Shown here: in pieces, positions 27,355 to 40,062 of the stretch | Numbering within the stretch: position 1 is the first letter of the stretch | How the letters are laid out: every line of letters begins with the position of its first letter | Source: Octopus vulgaris | Lineage: Eukaryota | DNA: 64,000 nt | Assembly (NCBI GenBank): GCA_951406725.2 | Contig: OX597828.1 | Location: forward strand, 74,834,001 to 74,898,000 | Reading direction: 5' to 3' | Notes under the pieces: model-generated | What the model was told of the DNA's origin: nothing | Database searches by the model: none | The model's input: the letters and a program-made list of their open reading frames with translations, nothing else | Position numbers and translations under genes: made by a program

Positions 27355-28770
27355 TATTAGAATCGTTAGCATGCTGGGCGAAGTGCTTTGGGGCATTTTG
27401 TCTGTTTTTATGTTCTGAGTTCAAATCCTGTTGATATTGACTTTGCCTTTCGGGGCCAATAAAAATAAATACCAGTTGAGCACTGGGGTCAATGTGAATG
27501 ACTAGTCCTGACCCCCTAAATTTCAGACCTATTGCCTATAGCAGAAAGGATTATTATTATTATTTCTACTCCAGGCACAAGGCCTTGAAATTTGGTGGGG
27601 GGGACTCATTGATTACATCGACCCCAGTGCATAGCTGGTACTTATTTCATCGCCCCCCTCCCCCCAAGGATGAAAGGCAAAGTCGACCTTGGTAGAATTT
27701 GAACTCAAGAACGTAGCAGCTGAAGAAATACAGCCATGCCAGTCCAGTCTGGGAATTGAAAGAACGATCTTGTGATTGTGAATGTGATACCCTGGCTGCT
27801 AGGGGATTTTATATATGTATATATATCATTATCGTTTAACGTCCGTTCTCCATGCTAGCATGGGTTGGACGGTTCGACCAGGGATCTGGGAAGCCAGAAG
27901 GCTGCACCAGGCTACAGTCTTATCTGGCAATGTTTCTACAGCTGGATGCCCTTCCTAACGCCAACCACTCCATGAGTGTAGTGGGTGCTTTTTACACACA
28001 GCATCCAAATACACACACACATTAATAATAATAATAATAATAATGGTTTCAAATTTTGCCACAAGAGCAGCAATTTAGGGGAAGGGGTTAAATCAATTAC
28101 ATCGATCTCTGTACACAACTGGTACTTAATTTATCGACCCCAAAAGGATGAAAGGTTAAGTCGACCTTGGCGAAGTTTGAACTCAGAACATAGTGTAGTG
28201 GCAGAAGAAATATCACTAAGCATTTCGCCTGATTTGCTAACGTTTCTGCCAGCTCACTGCCATCATAATAATAATAATAAGAAGAAGAAGAAGAAGAAGA
28301 ATTATTATTATTACTTCAAATTTTTGCCACAGGGGCAGCTTGGGAGAGGTGGAGATGAGTCAATTACATTGACCCCAGTGTTCAACTGGTACTTGTTTTA
28401 TTGACCTCGAAAGAATGAAAGGCCAAGTTGACTTTGCTGGAATTTGAACTCAGAACGTAGCGACAGTCTCGTCCAGCGCGCTATCAATTCTGCTAGCTCG
28501 CCGCCTTGATGATGATGATGATGATGATAATAATAATAATAGTAATAGTAGTAGTAGTTGTAGTAGTAGTAAAGCAAGCTGGCAGAATTGTTGGTATGCC
28601 AGGTAAAATGCTTTATGACATTTCATTTGTCTATTCCACCAAGGTTGACTTAGCCATTCATCCTTTCAGGGTCAACAAAATAAGTACCAGTTAAACACTG
28701 GGGTTGATTTAATCTACTTGCCCCCATCCCCACCCCCCGAAATTGCTGGCCTTGTGTCAAAATATGAAAC
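27355..28770. mobile_element. Cluster of family B SINEs in both orientations plus one family C fragment
   Basis: + at 27355-27545 and 28575-28770; - at about 27570-27720, 28040-28260, 28320-28505; family C 27826-27995. Confidence 0.75.
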
Positions 28771-29731
28771 CTTTATCAAAGCTTATTAATAACAGTGAGA
28801 TTTATCAAATGTTAACAATTTAGTTCCTCGTTTCGGTTATAAAACTTGGTTGTCTCTTTTTTTTCCCTCTTCTTTGTCTCTTTTTTTTTTTTTTACTTTT
28901 AATTTCATTCTACTTAAAGTATTGTAATCGGAAATAATTGGGGGAAAACTATGAAAGGAATGTTGTGCTTCTCTTCACTTCTTCATTCTCTCCTTCATCC
29001 TGGCCAGACTTGGTCATATCATTGGAATTAAAATAAATAATGGGATTGGGTCATTACCAAAATTATTTATCATCATCATCATCATTATCGGAATTGTTTT
29101 AGAATCCGCTTTCCCATGTGTAAATGGCTTCAGGTGGCATTTGCTGAGGCAGATTTTCTACAGCTGCATGCTTTTCCTGTCACAAACCCTCACCTGTTTC
29201 CAAGCAAAATAACACTCCCCCCTAACTGCCAGACATGTGTTCACAGAAGACTGGATACAAACGACAGTTTCTAAATGTGATATTCATTTGCAAACTCTTT
29301 GGCAACATCAAGACAGAGCGAGAGAGAGAGAAAGAGAGAGACTCTCTCTCACTCACACACACACACACACAAATGTTTGTTTTTATGTTATAATAAAAAC
29401 TATTTTACATTAATTTCAAGTGTTACTCAATACATTTGGTAAAGTACAAATTTATTCTTTAACAAGAATAGTGTTGACAGTGACTTAGAAATTTTGGCCT
29501 TCGAAGCATCATATATGTATATGTGTAGATGATGATGATATATATATATATATATATATATATAGTCATCATCATTGTTGTTTAACATCTGGCAAAGAGA
29601 TCCAGAAACCAAAGAAACTGAATGGTATTTTAAACAACTAAATTTAAAATTTAAAATAAACTTTTGTTCATTTTTATTAATTGTTTGTTTTCTTTCTTTT
29701 TTTCTTCTTTCTTTAAAAACTTGCAAACCAG

Positions 29732-29885
29732 AACCGAATGATGGAAAGTATGAAATTATTTGACTCAATCTGCAACAATAAATGGTTTTTGGACACTTCC
29801 ATTATGCTCTTCCTCAACAAGAAAGATTTATTCGAAGACAAAATCAAAAACTCTCCTCTCACAACTTGCTTCCCAGAGTACGAAG
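29732..29885 (+). CDS. GNAI: G alpha-i exon 7 (NKxD motif)
   Basis: aaaccag|...|gtaatt; 154 bp; [51 protein letters not shown]. Confidence 0.96.
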
Positions 29886-29929
29886 GTAATTGCTGTTGCT
29901 GTTGTTGTTGTTGTTGTTATGGTGGTGGT

Positions 29930-30519
29930 GGTGTTGAGCTGGCAGAGTTCTTACTATGCTGGACAAAATGCCTAGCAGCATTTCTTCTGGCTCTGAATTC
30001 AAGTTCGGTCATGGCTGACTTTACCTTTCATCCTTTTGAGATCATAGAAATAAGTACCAGTTATGTACTGGGGTGGACATTATCAACTCACCCCTGCTCC
30101 AAAATTTCAGGCCTTGTTCCTTATTATTATTATTATTATTATTATTATGATTATTATTAAGGTGGTGAGCTGGCAGAATCGTCAGCGCACTGGATGAAAT
30201 GCTTAGTGGTATTTTGCCCATTGATATGTTCTGAGTTCAAATACTGCTGAGGTCAACTTGCCTTTCATCCTCTTGGAGTTGATAAATTGTGTACTGGGGT
30301 GGCAAGCTGGCTGATTCATTAGCACGCCGGGCAAAATGCTTTGCAATATTTCATCCACCTTTACGTTCTGAGTTCAAATTCCACTGAGGTCAAGTTTGCA
30401 TTTCATCATTTCAGGGTTGATAAATTAAATACCAGTGAAACACTGGGGTCAGTGTAATTGACTAGTCCCCTCTCCCAAAATTTCAGGCCTTGTACCTTTA
30501 GTAGAAAGGGTTATTATTA

Positions 30520-30586
<67 letters not shown>
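29930..30586 (+). mobile_element. Three head-to-tail family B SINEs with (ATT)n tails
   Basis: Heads at about 29930, 30160 and 30298. Confidence 0.8.
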
Positions 30587-30587
<1 letters not shown>

Positions 30588-31117
30588 TCAGTGCTCCATA
30601 AGGATAAAAAAATACCACTTTTTAGTAGGGTCTTTCTCTCCCCCCACCAAACCCCCATCCTTTGTGTTAACTGAAACCTTAACAAAAGGCTTGAGACTGA
30701 GACAATAAGCTGGGAGAGGGTAATCCCAACCTGTGAGCTGGTTGTTTAGCTGCAAGTAGCTGCCCCTTTTTTGGGGGACATCTTCCACACCTTTTGTATG
30801 CTATTATAGATCAGTGGTTTTCTGCTGCAGCTTCCATGGATGCATGTGGCCCTCAAGCATCCCCCCCAGTGGACCCCGAGGGTCTTCTCTCTATAAATAT
30901 AAACTTTTTTTAGTGCGAGTCCCCTAAAAAAAAAAACTAGGTTTTGTATCTGACCCAGATATTAAAACAATTGAGAATTCCCTGCTTTATAAAGTCTCCC
31001 CAATTTTTGTAATTAGTCCTGATAATGTTTCATTCACGTGTTACCCTTCTGGCAAATAAACAAATTGTTGTTGTTGTTGTTATTGTTGTTACTATTTTCC
31101 CCTCCATTTATTTCCAG

Positions 31118-31308
31118 GCGGCAATACTTACGAAGAGTCCGCAGCTTACATACAACTCCAGTTTGAAAACCTAAACAAACGGAAAGAGGAGAAGGAAATC
31201 TACACGCACTTCACTTGTGCCACAGACACCAATAACGTCCAGTTTGTGTTTGATGTGGTCACTGATGTTATCATCAAGAATAATTTGAAAGACTGTGGTC
31301 TCTTTTAA
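31118..31308 (+). CDS. GNAI: G alpha-i exon 8, last coding exon with stop
   Basis: tttccag|...TAA; 191 bp; [62 protein letters not shown]; the [10 protein letters not shown] end with Cys at -4 is diagnostic of Gi rather than Go/Gq/Gs. Confidence 0.97.
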
Positions 31309-33292
31309 AGGTGAGTTTATGACATTCACAGAACACGATTCCTCTATAACCATATCCAACACATTTTGAACAGTCATCTTAAAAGCTTCCTCTCTTTTTC
31401 TCCAAACTCTTCATTTTCTCCTCCATACTCTCTTACTGTCTTCCTGCTGGGGAACCACCATTTAAGGATTTTAGTCAATCATTTTAACTCCAATTTTTAG
31501 TTTATTCTGGTATGTATTTTGTACATTTGTATTTATTAAAGGACTAGGTTAGGCCCCGTTTGGTTGTGAATGACCATGGGATTGCACCTAGAAAGTTACC
31601 CTCTGAGGCACAAGTCTGGACAAGGTTGTTTATGGAAGACCAGCAGCTGCCCATGGCAACCAGTCTCCCTTCTCCACGCCACTGATGTTATCCAAGGGAA
31701 AGGCCGATACAGCTTGGCACCAGTGACATTGCAATTCATTTCTATGGGTGAATGAACTGGATCCCAGCAACATGAAATAAAGTGTCTTGCTCAAGAACAC
31801 AATACACATCCCAGTCTGGGAATCAAATTCCTTACCTCAATGTTCTGACCACTGAGCCATGTGCCTTCACTTTTTTTTATACGTTAGCTTTTACCATATT
31901 TTCTGGCACTCAAGTTGATGTGGCATATACTATAAACCTTCAAATATCATCATTTTACTTCAAAATCCTGTTGCATTTCACATGGAATTTTTGTTCATCC
32001 AAAGTCATCTTGGTGTGTATGTCAATTAACGTTACTTAATTGTAAAAAGCTTGGTCTGAAAAATTTACCCTGTATCCTGGAAAATACTATATGACTTGAT
32101 GCACCAATTTATTCCTATTTGGTCCCCTTGTGCAGCACATTAAGTGAATACCTTCTACTGTTGCTTTAGGTCAACCAATGCCTTGTAAGGGAGGATCCTA
32201 TGACAAACCGTATTGAGCCCATTGCGTGTATGGATCCGTGGACACGAATGTTGACATTTCACTTGTCACCATTTGAATGAAGCATTGCTGATGTTGATTA
32301 TTCCTTGTTGACATCAACGATTGGATGCTCTGCATTTCCAAAGACCCATCACCCAGAAAACCAACAAGGGTCAGTGACGGGGAAAGCATCTGACTGTTGA
32401 AATCTGAACAGACTTTCAACTATAATTATCTCCCTATAAGGTAGGGAAGGGTACCAGGGCATTGATTGTTTTGATCACTGGACACAAAGCCAATCATATT
32501 AACCCTGAATATATGATCACTGGATATGCTTTGCATTGTTGCTATTGAAATTATGCAGCCAATAAAAGATACACAGCTGAAACTAATCTTAACATTCTGT
32601 CCATTGAATAACTTAACAGAAAATTTTCTTCCAACAGAGAAGTTTCAGAAACTAATAATTTTAGGATGTTTTTAAAAATTTAATGTTTCACATTCTGAGT
32701 GAATGGTAGGTTAAACCAAATCACATTTTGGGGTCAATCTGTATGTATTTCCATCTTGGGTATAAAGTTGATTTTTCCCCACTGAAAAATTTGCTATTTT
32801 TCTGTTTTATTAAAATTTGTTCTGTCAAAATTATACATTCATAAGTACATGTGCACCAGTAAACCTCTATAAATAAATATTTTCTTTTTGATTTCCAGTT
32901 GGTTTCCATAAACTTGCTAACTATTGACCAGCCAGGTGACCAGCCATTTGTGACCCACAGATACTATCACCATGATTACTACTTCTGCTACTACTACAAC
33001 TATTACAATAGAGAAAGGACTTGAGAAGAACTTTACTTTTTATATATGAATATGTATGTGTGTGTATATATATATGCATGCACATATATATTTATATCTG
33101 AATAAATGTATGTGTATTTATGTGTGTATATATATATATAAATATATATATATAAGTACATACACATACGCACACATTGACAGACATCAGTGAATATGCA
33201 TATGTATATATTTATGTATGTATATACATAAATATAAATTTTGCTTATTTTTTTTTTCCTAATTCATGAAACATCATTCTACCATCGTGATC

Positions 33293-33324
<32 letters not shown>

Positions 33325-33567
33325 CACCACTTATTGTCACACATTGTTTATTTTTTTTTTTCTTTTCACCAAAACAAAAACAAAAACTCGCCAATACTCT
33401 CACTCACACTACTCCTCTTTTCCGCTTTTCTTCTTTCTTTCTTAATCTAATTTTAATTGCCTGAATGACTTTATTGTTATTTTTACATGTTTAAATCCCT
33501 TCCTGGACATTTTTATATTTCGTCCTTGTGTTGTCCCCAACATATTGGGCCCTTGTGGTCAATAAAA

Positions 33568-33621
<54 letters not shown>

Positions 33622-33624
<3 letters not shown>

Positions 33625-35282
33625 GGTGGTGAGCTGGCAGAAACGTTAGCAAGCCAGGCAAAATGCTTTGTGGCATTTTTGTCTGCCGCTACATTCAGAG
33701 TTCAAATTCCACCGAGGTCGACTTTGCCTTTCATCTTTTTGGGGTCGATAAATTAAGTACCAGTTACACACTGGGGTCAATGTAATCGACTAGTCCCCTC
33801 CCCACAAATTTCAGGCCCTTGTGCCTATAATAGAAGGGATTATTATCATTATTATTATTATCAACATCATTGTGGTGGCAAGTTTGTTGATTCAGTTGAG
33901 GTGCAGAACTATCTTACAGTTAATCCTTTTTTAATTACTCTCCCCTCCACTTACCCATTTCAGTTTGCCCTGGGGTACAGAGAAGGTGAACATTTGACTA
34001 TGGTTTTCACCCACCTTTCATCACCTTCACTTTTTTTTGTGGTAAATAAACTTTAAAATACCTGTTGTATACCTGTTGTATGTCAGGGAAGAAAGCACGA
34101 CATCGAGGGATACATTTCAATTGAATCTACTTTTTATTTTTTTTATAGAAATCCACATCGTCATCATCATCATCATCATCATCAAAGCAATGAGCTGGCA
34201 GAATTGTTAGCACACTGGGCGAAATGCTTGGCATCATTTCATCCATATCCTTACATTCTGAGTTCAAATCCTGCTGAGGTTGGCTTTGCCTTTTTATCTT
34301 TCCAATGGTCAATAGAATACCATTTGAGTACAGGGATCAATGTAATTAACTTACTCCTTCCCTTGTTGAACTCCCTCCCTTTAAATCTGGCCACGGTTGA
34401 AGAAATATGAACCAGGTAGGGAGTGGGGGAAGGGGAGGGGTGAACTCACAAGATGTTCACTCTGCAACACTTAAGTTCTGTATCTGTACTCTCAATTTCA
34501 TCCTTGTATTGTCCCCATCTGAAGCTTTTGCTGCCCTTAAAAGAAATTATTATTATTATTATTATTATTATCATCATCATTATTATATAAAGCGGCAAGC
34601 TGGCAGAATCGTTAGCACACCAAGTGGATTGCTTAGTGGTATTATGTCTGCCGCAACATTCTGAGTTCAAATTCTTCCGAGGTCGACTTTGCCTTTTGAT
34701 CCTTTCAAGGTCGATAAATTAAGTACCAGTTATGCACTGAGGTCTCTGTAATCGACTGTCCCCTTCCCCTAAAATTTCAGGCCTTGTGCCTATAATAGAA
34801 AGGATTATTATTATGCACACCGCAGTGGATTAGCAGAATGGTCAGAGCATCAGACAAAATGCCTTAAGGTATAACTCGTGATCAGAGTTCAAATCCTGCT
34901 GAGGTGAACTTTTCCTTTCATCCCATCAGGGTTGATAAAGTATTTGCCAGTTGAGTTTCTGGGGTTGATGTTATTGACTTACCCCATCACCTAAAATTGC
35001 TGGCATTGTGCCAAAAATTTGAAACCATTATTATTATTATTATTATTATTATTAATTGGGTTGGTGGAGGCAAGCTTCCAGAATTCTTAGCAGACAGGAC
35101 AAAATGCAAAGCTACATTTCTTGTAGTTTTACATCTTGAGTTCAGATTCCACCGAGGCTGACTTTGAATTTCATCTTTTGAGGAACAAGAAATCAAACAC
35201 TTGTTGAACATTGGGGTCGAGGTAATTGATTAGTCCCCTCTCCTGAGAATTCCAGGCCCTTGTGCTTATAGTGGAAAGGCTT
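33622..35282 (+). mobile_element. Five same-orientation family B SINEs
   Basis: Heads at about 33622, 34187, 34589, 34825, 35065, each next to an (ATT)n or (CAT)n tract. Confidence 0.8.
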
Positions 35283-36043
35283 ATTTGGTAAGAATGAGGA
35301 TTGGCAAAAATGGTGCAAGATTCCTTCCATCCCCCGACATCCGTGTTTGAATCCTCTTCTGTAGGGTTCACTTTACCCCTCATCCATCTTCTTTTGTCCC
35401 AGGAGTAAGTAAGGGAGTAGGGAGTTGATAAAACAAAACAGCAAGTCCAGTATTGTGGAGGGCAGGGAGGCAGGGTTGATATATAAGTGAATATACCCCC
35501 CTCCCCTTAATTTGAGGCTTTATGCTTAATTCCCCTTTTGTAATGTTCCCATCCAACCTCGTTGTCTGTCGCCCTTGTTGCAAATAAAAGAAAAAAAGGA
35601 TAATTATTACTATTATTATTATTATTATTGCTGCTATTGGTCGTTGCAGTGCGAGAGACTCTGATAGTCTTTTACTGACCATTCCCATGAGACTCCCTCC
35701 TCACACGAAACCCTTTTTCTTTGTTTTGTTTTGATTTTTTTTTATTATTTAAAACAAAAATACAAAATTGTGAAAAACTTTAAAAAAAAAATGTCTGTTT
35801 TACTTAAAAAAATGATATTTTGTAAGGAAAAAATACCGAAAAAAATGCTTTGATTTTTCACATTTATCAACGTCATTATTATATATGGATCTAATAAAGA
35901 ACTAAGAATTATTATTAGTAGTATTTTTATTATTATTCTGAGGTTTGTTTTGCCTTTATCCTTTCAGAGGTCAATGTGATTAGCTGACCCCACTCCCTTT
36001 AAAATTGCTGGCCTTGTGCCAACATTCAAAGCCGTTATCATTA

Positions 36044-37097
36044 TTACCTCCACCACAGCAAAGGCAGAGGTATTGTTTTCAGTCGTATTTGTTTGTTTGT
36101 CTGTGGACAAGAATATCTCAAGAACCGCTGGATGGATTCAGATGAAACTTTCAGGGATATTTGGCCCTGTGACTGGCATGAACTGATTAGATTTTGGGAT
36201 CGATCCAATACTGGACAAGGATTCTGGATTATTTGTTATATTTACTTTTACATGAAGGATTACGATTTTACATTGACTTTAGAGTCTTTCTCTGATTATC
36301 TCCCTTGAAATCACTCTCTTGGTTTTCACGTAAGTGATGGCAGTGTTGCTGTTTCTGAAGTTTTATTTTAGTTTCTCTATTATTAAGTTTACTCACATCT
36401 CTATCTTAGTAGAAACTGATGGATAAAGAAATCAAACTACAAAAACAGCAGCAAACCCCTTCAGAAATGAAATAACACTAACATATTCATTAACAACAAT
36501 AAATTTAATTTATCCTCGACAATTTTTAGTTTTCCGAATTCTGAATATATTGCTCCTGCTTAAAACCTCTCATCTACTTGATAATTGCATTTCTAGCTCT
36601 GCCTTGAAGGAAGCTTTACTTCTTGGACTCATGTTTTAGTGTGCAATGATGTTGTTAAACCTCCGTTAACAGCACCATATGCAGGTCCTTTCCATTTTCT
36701 TTCATGCACATGCAAAGTTTCCACTATAGACCTTAATGGTCATAAAGACCCTATATCATTGGATAGACTTAAAAAAAGGGTCTACATAGAGATAACTGTC
36801 CCTGTTCCCACTGCAAACAACACACACACACAGCATTACAAACATGGCCCACACACCTATCTTCACATTCCATGACTACCATTGGGATCAATCAAGTACC
36901 AGACAAGGATTTTGGATTATTTTTCTGGGTTTTTACTTAATTTTTGAGAGCAGTTACAGTTTATTTTTTGTATTTTCGTTTGTGAGAGCAGTCGAGTTTT
37001 TTTCAAATATTCTCGTTTTAAAAATCATCTCCGGATAATCGTTGAGAGGACATTGGTGTTGCTTTGGCAGAGGTTTGCACTCTCTGAGTCCTCTTGG
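36044..37097 (+). mobile_element. Helentron/DINE-like element with about 650 bp extra internal sequence
   Basis: 36044-36232 and 36881-37097 align to the two halves of 7735-8100. Confidence 0.65.
36615..36790 (+). pseudogene. Gypsy LTR-retrotransposon integrase C-terminal (GPY/F) fragment
   Basis: THVLVCNDVVKPPLTAPYAGPFHFLSCTCKVSTIDLNGHKDPISLDRLK matches the post-integrase GPY/F motif. Confidence 0.7.
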
Positions 37098-39415
37098 CAT
37101 TATTATTCTGAGGTTGATGTTTGCTTTCGTCCTTGGGGTGATGGAATCGAATAATCCTGTCTCCTAAAACATTGCTGGCTTTGTGTCAAAATTTGAAACA
37201 ACAGGATTTTAAAAATATTTCAATACACTGAGCTAAAAAGAGGTTTGCTAGTGGTGTGATTTTGAAGAGCTTTAACTACTATTACTAGCACATTGGGTGA
37301 CCAGGTAGAGGCTCCTGAGCCAGTCTGCCTATGACCATCTCATCTATTTAAGGGCATATAGAGGTTATTTTGGGTCCTTATTTTAACCCCTTTTTGATAC
37401 CAACCCATCCAAGATTGTTCTGTGATGTATGCTTCATGTTTTAATGTCATAACCATTTAACATGTTTTCCATGCTGACAAGGGTTGGATGGTTTGACCAG
37501 AGCTGTTCAGACTCCATTTCTCTGTTGTGGTATGGTTCCTATGGCTTGATGCCCTTCCTAATGTCAACCATTTTACAGAGTCTATTGGATGCTCTTTACG
37601 TGCCACCGGCCATGAGTGCATTTTATGTGGAACTGGCGCCTATAAAAGACAGACCTGAATATATAGATGACACCAATTCTACTTAACCTGGTGCTTCTTC
37701 TCAAGTACAGTAAATCACCACAACTGGCCCCTTGTCATTTCCTCAGTGCGGCCCAGTGTCTCTGAAGATTCTTTCTCACCACTTTGCCCCACATCTTCCT
37801 AGGTCTAACCCTTCCACAATTAAAGCTCTGCACTGCTTTATCAGAATTTAAATTTTACAATAGTTGATCATTTTTTAGATTAATCACAACAAAGTGGGTG
37901 TTTTTCCACAGAAATATGTTAACAAAAGGGTTAACACAATAAGATGCAGTTTGAGGAGCATATGTCTGCTATATCTAGCAAGCCAAATACGCATGTATAA
38001 GCTCTCTCTGTCCTTCCTGCTTGTGGTTTAATCCTTTAAGCATTCAGATTACTCTGAGATTAATACTTATTTATTCACATTATTTTCAAATAATCATGCA
38101 TTATCTTGTAACTGAGATTTTGATTATGCGATTGTTTATTTTTAGAATGACATTGCAGAGTAGGTGTGAGAGACCAAATCTGGCCAGTTTGAACATAAAA
38201 CAGGTAGAATATTTGGGGTGGATATGGGCGCCAGTTTAAATACTAAAGAGTAAATCCTTCAGATACCAATACCATTCCTGGTTCTATTTTAGAGTTATTT
38301 ATATTAAAACCTTCCATCACATCAAAATCTCATGAAAATTAAAGTTCCAGGCATCAGATTAATAAGGATTAAGCTAATTTACTAAATCTTAAATTATTTT
38401 AACCCTTTGCTTATCCAGGGCATTTTCATAAATGTGTCCTAAATGTTCATGATTGTTTTCAGACTTTTAATTAGGGTTAGGGTTTCATAGGTTTTGAGTA
38501 ACATAAGGCTTTCCTTTCCTAAGTCCCAAGTTTTTCTGGTGGTTGAGAGAAAATTGGGAATGTGTATCATAGATGATGCAGAGGAAACCAAGGAAATATG
38601 TTGTGTTTCTCACGGGATACAGAGGAGAGGCAAAGGGGCTGGAAATTAATTGACAGAAACTGAGGGTATTTTAACAGAAATATCGAAACAAAAGATTTCA
38701 AAATGTTGGAAGTGTCTTGTAAAAATAAAACTAAAAAAAATATGATTATTTTATGGAATTTGGTGGAATTTATTTCCTGAGAATGAAAGCTAACAATGAG
38801 GTCAAACCCAGCTCTAGTTACAACAGCATAAGCACAGTCTGGCTGTATCTTGCAACTAGACAGAACTGGTTTCTAAATGTTTAAATAATACAAGTAGAAA
38901 CAAGATATTATTCTACTGGTATTGTTTACCATTAAATTGGGGTTTGGCAATGTTGCCAGAGTTCTAACCTTTTTTTTTTTCTTTTATATTCTTCATAATC
39001 AACAGATATCTTAAATGTGTTTATGTAGAGAAAGGAAAGCAAGTACATAATGCATGATTAAGCCAGACATGGATGTTTATTGGTGCACTTTCAGGGCCCT
39101 GAAATAAATCTATTCTTGCAGGAGTAACCTTGGAATAACGTTGCCCTTCTCTTCTATGCTAGAACCACTCAAATTTTCTACCTTTGGTATTAATTTCCTA
39201 ATTACCTCGTTAGGGTTGTCAGTTACACTCATCTACATACACCTAAAGTTAGTTCCCAGTTCAGACTCATAACCATTAAATATACAAATTTCTAAATTTT
39301 TTAAATAATACAGAACAGGTTTAGTTTTAGAAATAAAAACATGATGGTAACACACTTCAACATGTAGTAATTAAACACATGCGTCAAACATGAATATTCA
39401 AACATGTAAATAATT

Positions 39416-39421
39416 TTTATT
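39416..39421 (-). terminator. Candidate G6PD polyadenylation signal AATAAA
   Basis: TTTATT on + about 155 nt downstream of the G6PD stop; another at 39076-39081. Confidence 0.4.
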
Positions 39422-39576
39422 TAAACAAGTTATATCCAGAGACTTATATAAATTACTGTTAAATAATATTTTTTGCAAAAAAAAAAGAAAAGTGGGTGGG
39501 GGGGGAAATAGAAAAAATTGTGTCCATGTTTTTCATTTTGTGTTGACAAGAATTACAAGACCTGACAGAATGTATT

Positions 39577-39667
39577 TTATATTTTGGATGCGTCTGTCCA
39601 TCGATAGGTTCCAGAATAGACAAAGTTGAAAGATTTGGTCAAGGTGTCATACTCTGTTGGACCACGA
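39577..39667 (-). CDS. G6PD: G6PD last coding exon with stop
   Basis: 91 bp; SRGPTEYDTLTKSFNFVYSGTYRWTDASKI*. Confidence 0.94.
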
Positions 39668-39837
39668 CTGGGGAAGAAGAAAAATTGAAACATTAGATTT
39701 TATTAAAACAGAAAGCATTTGATCTGAAGAAGAAAAAGAAATGTCTAGTTTTGGTTTATGGAAAACTGAACATTTTCAACAACACAAATTGAAGATTGTC
39801 ATTTTATGAAGGAATCGAGGGATACCAAATGTGATTG

Positions 39838-40062
39838 GGCAGCCACCCTCACATCCCCAATTACTGCTACACCGTCACCACAGTTGCACCCCTAATTGCC
39901 CCTCCATGTTCACCACAGTTGGATCCCCAATTACTGCTACACAATAGCTGCCCTCACACTCCACCAATTACCTCTACATGGTGCCATCCTTACACTCCCT
40001 AAATTACCTCCACATGGCAAACACCCTCACACCCCCAATTATCTCCACATGGTAGCTACCCT
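39838..40062. repeat. Degenerate C-rich minisatellite, about 33-35 bp unit
   Basis: Recurring CCCTCACA..CCCCAATTAC.TC.ACATGG. Confidence 0.7.

Noticed and set aside
33622-35282. CRISPR-like repeat/spacer pattern
   Set aside because: Units are ~220 bp diverged SINEs in eukaryotic DNA; no cas genes
31311-39500. Alternative exon 7/8 pair as in G alpha-o
   Set aside because: No second NRM...NKKD or TCATDT exon seen
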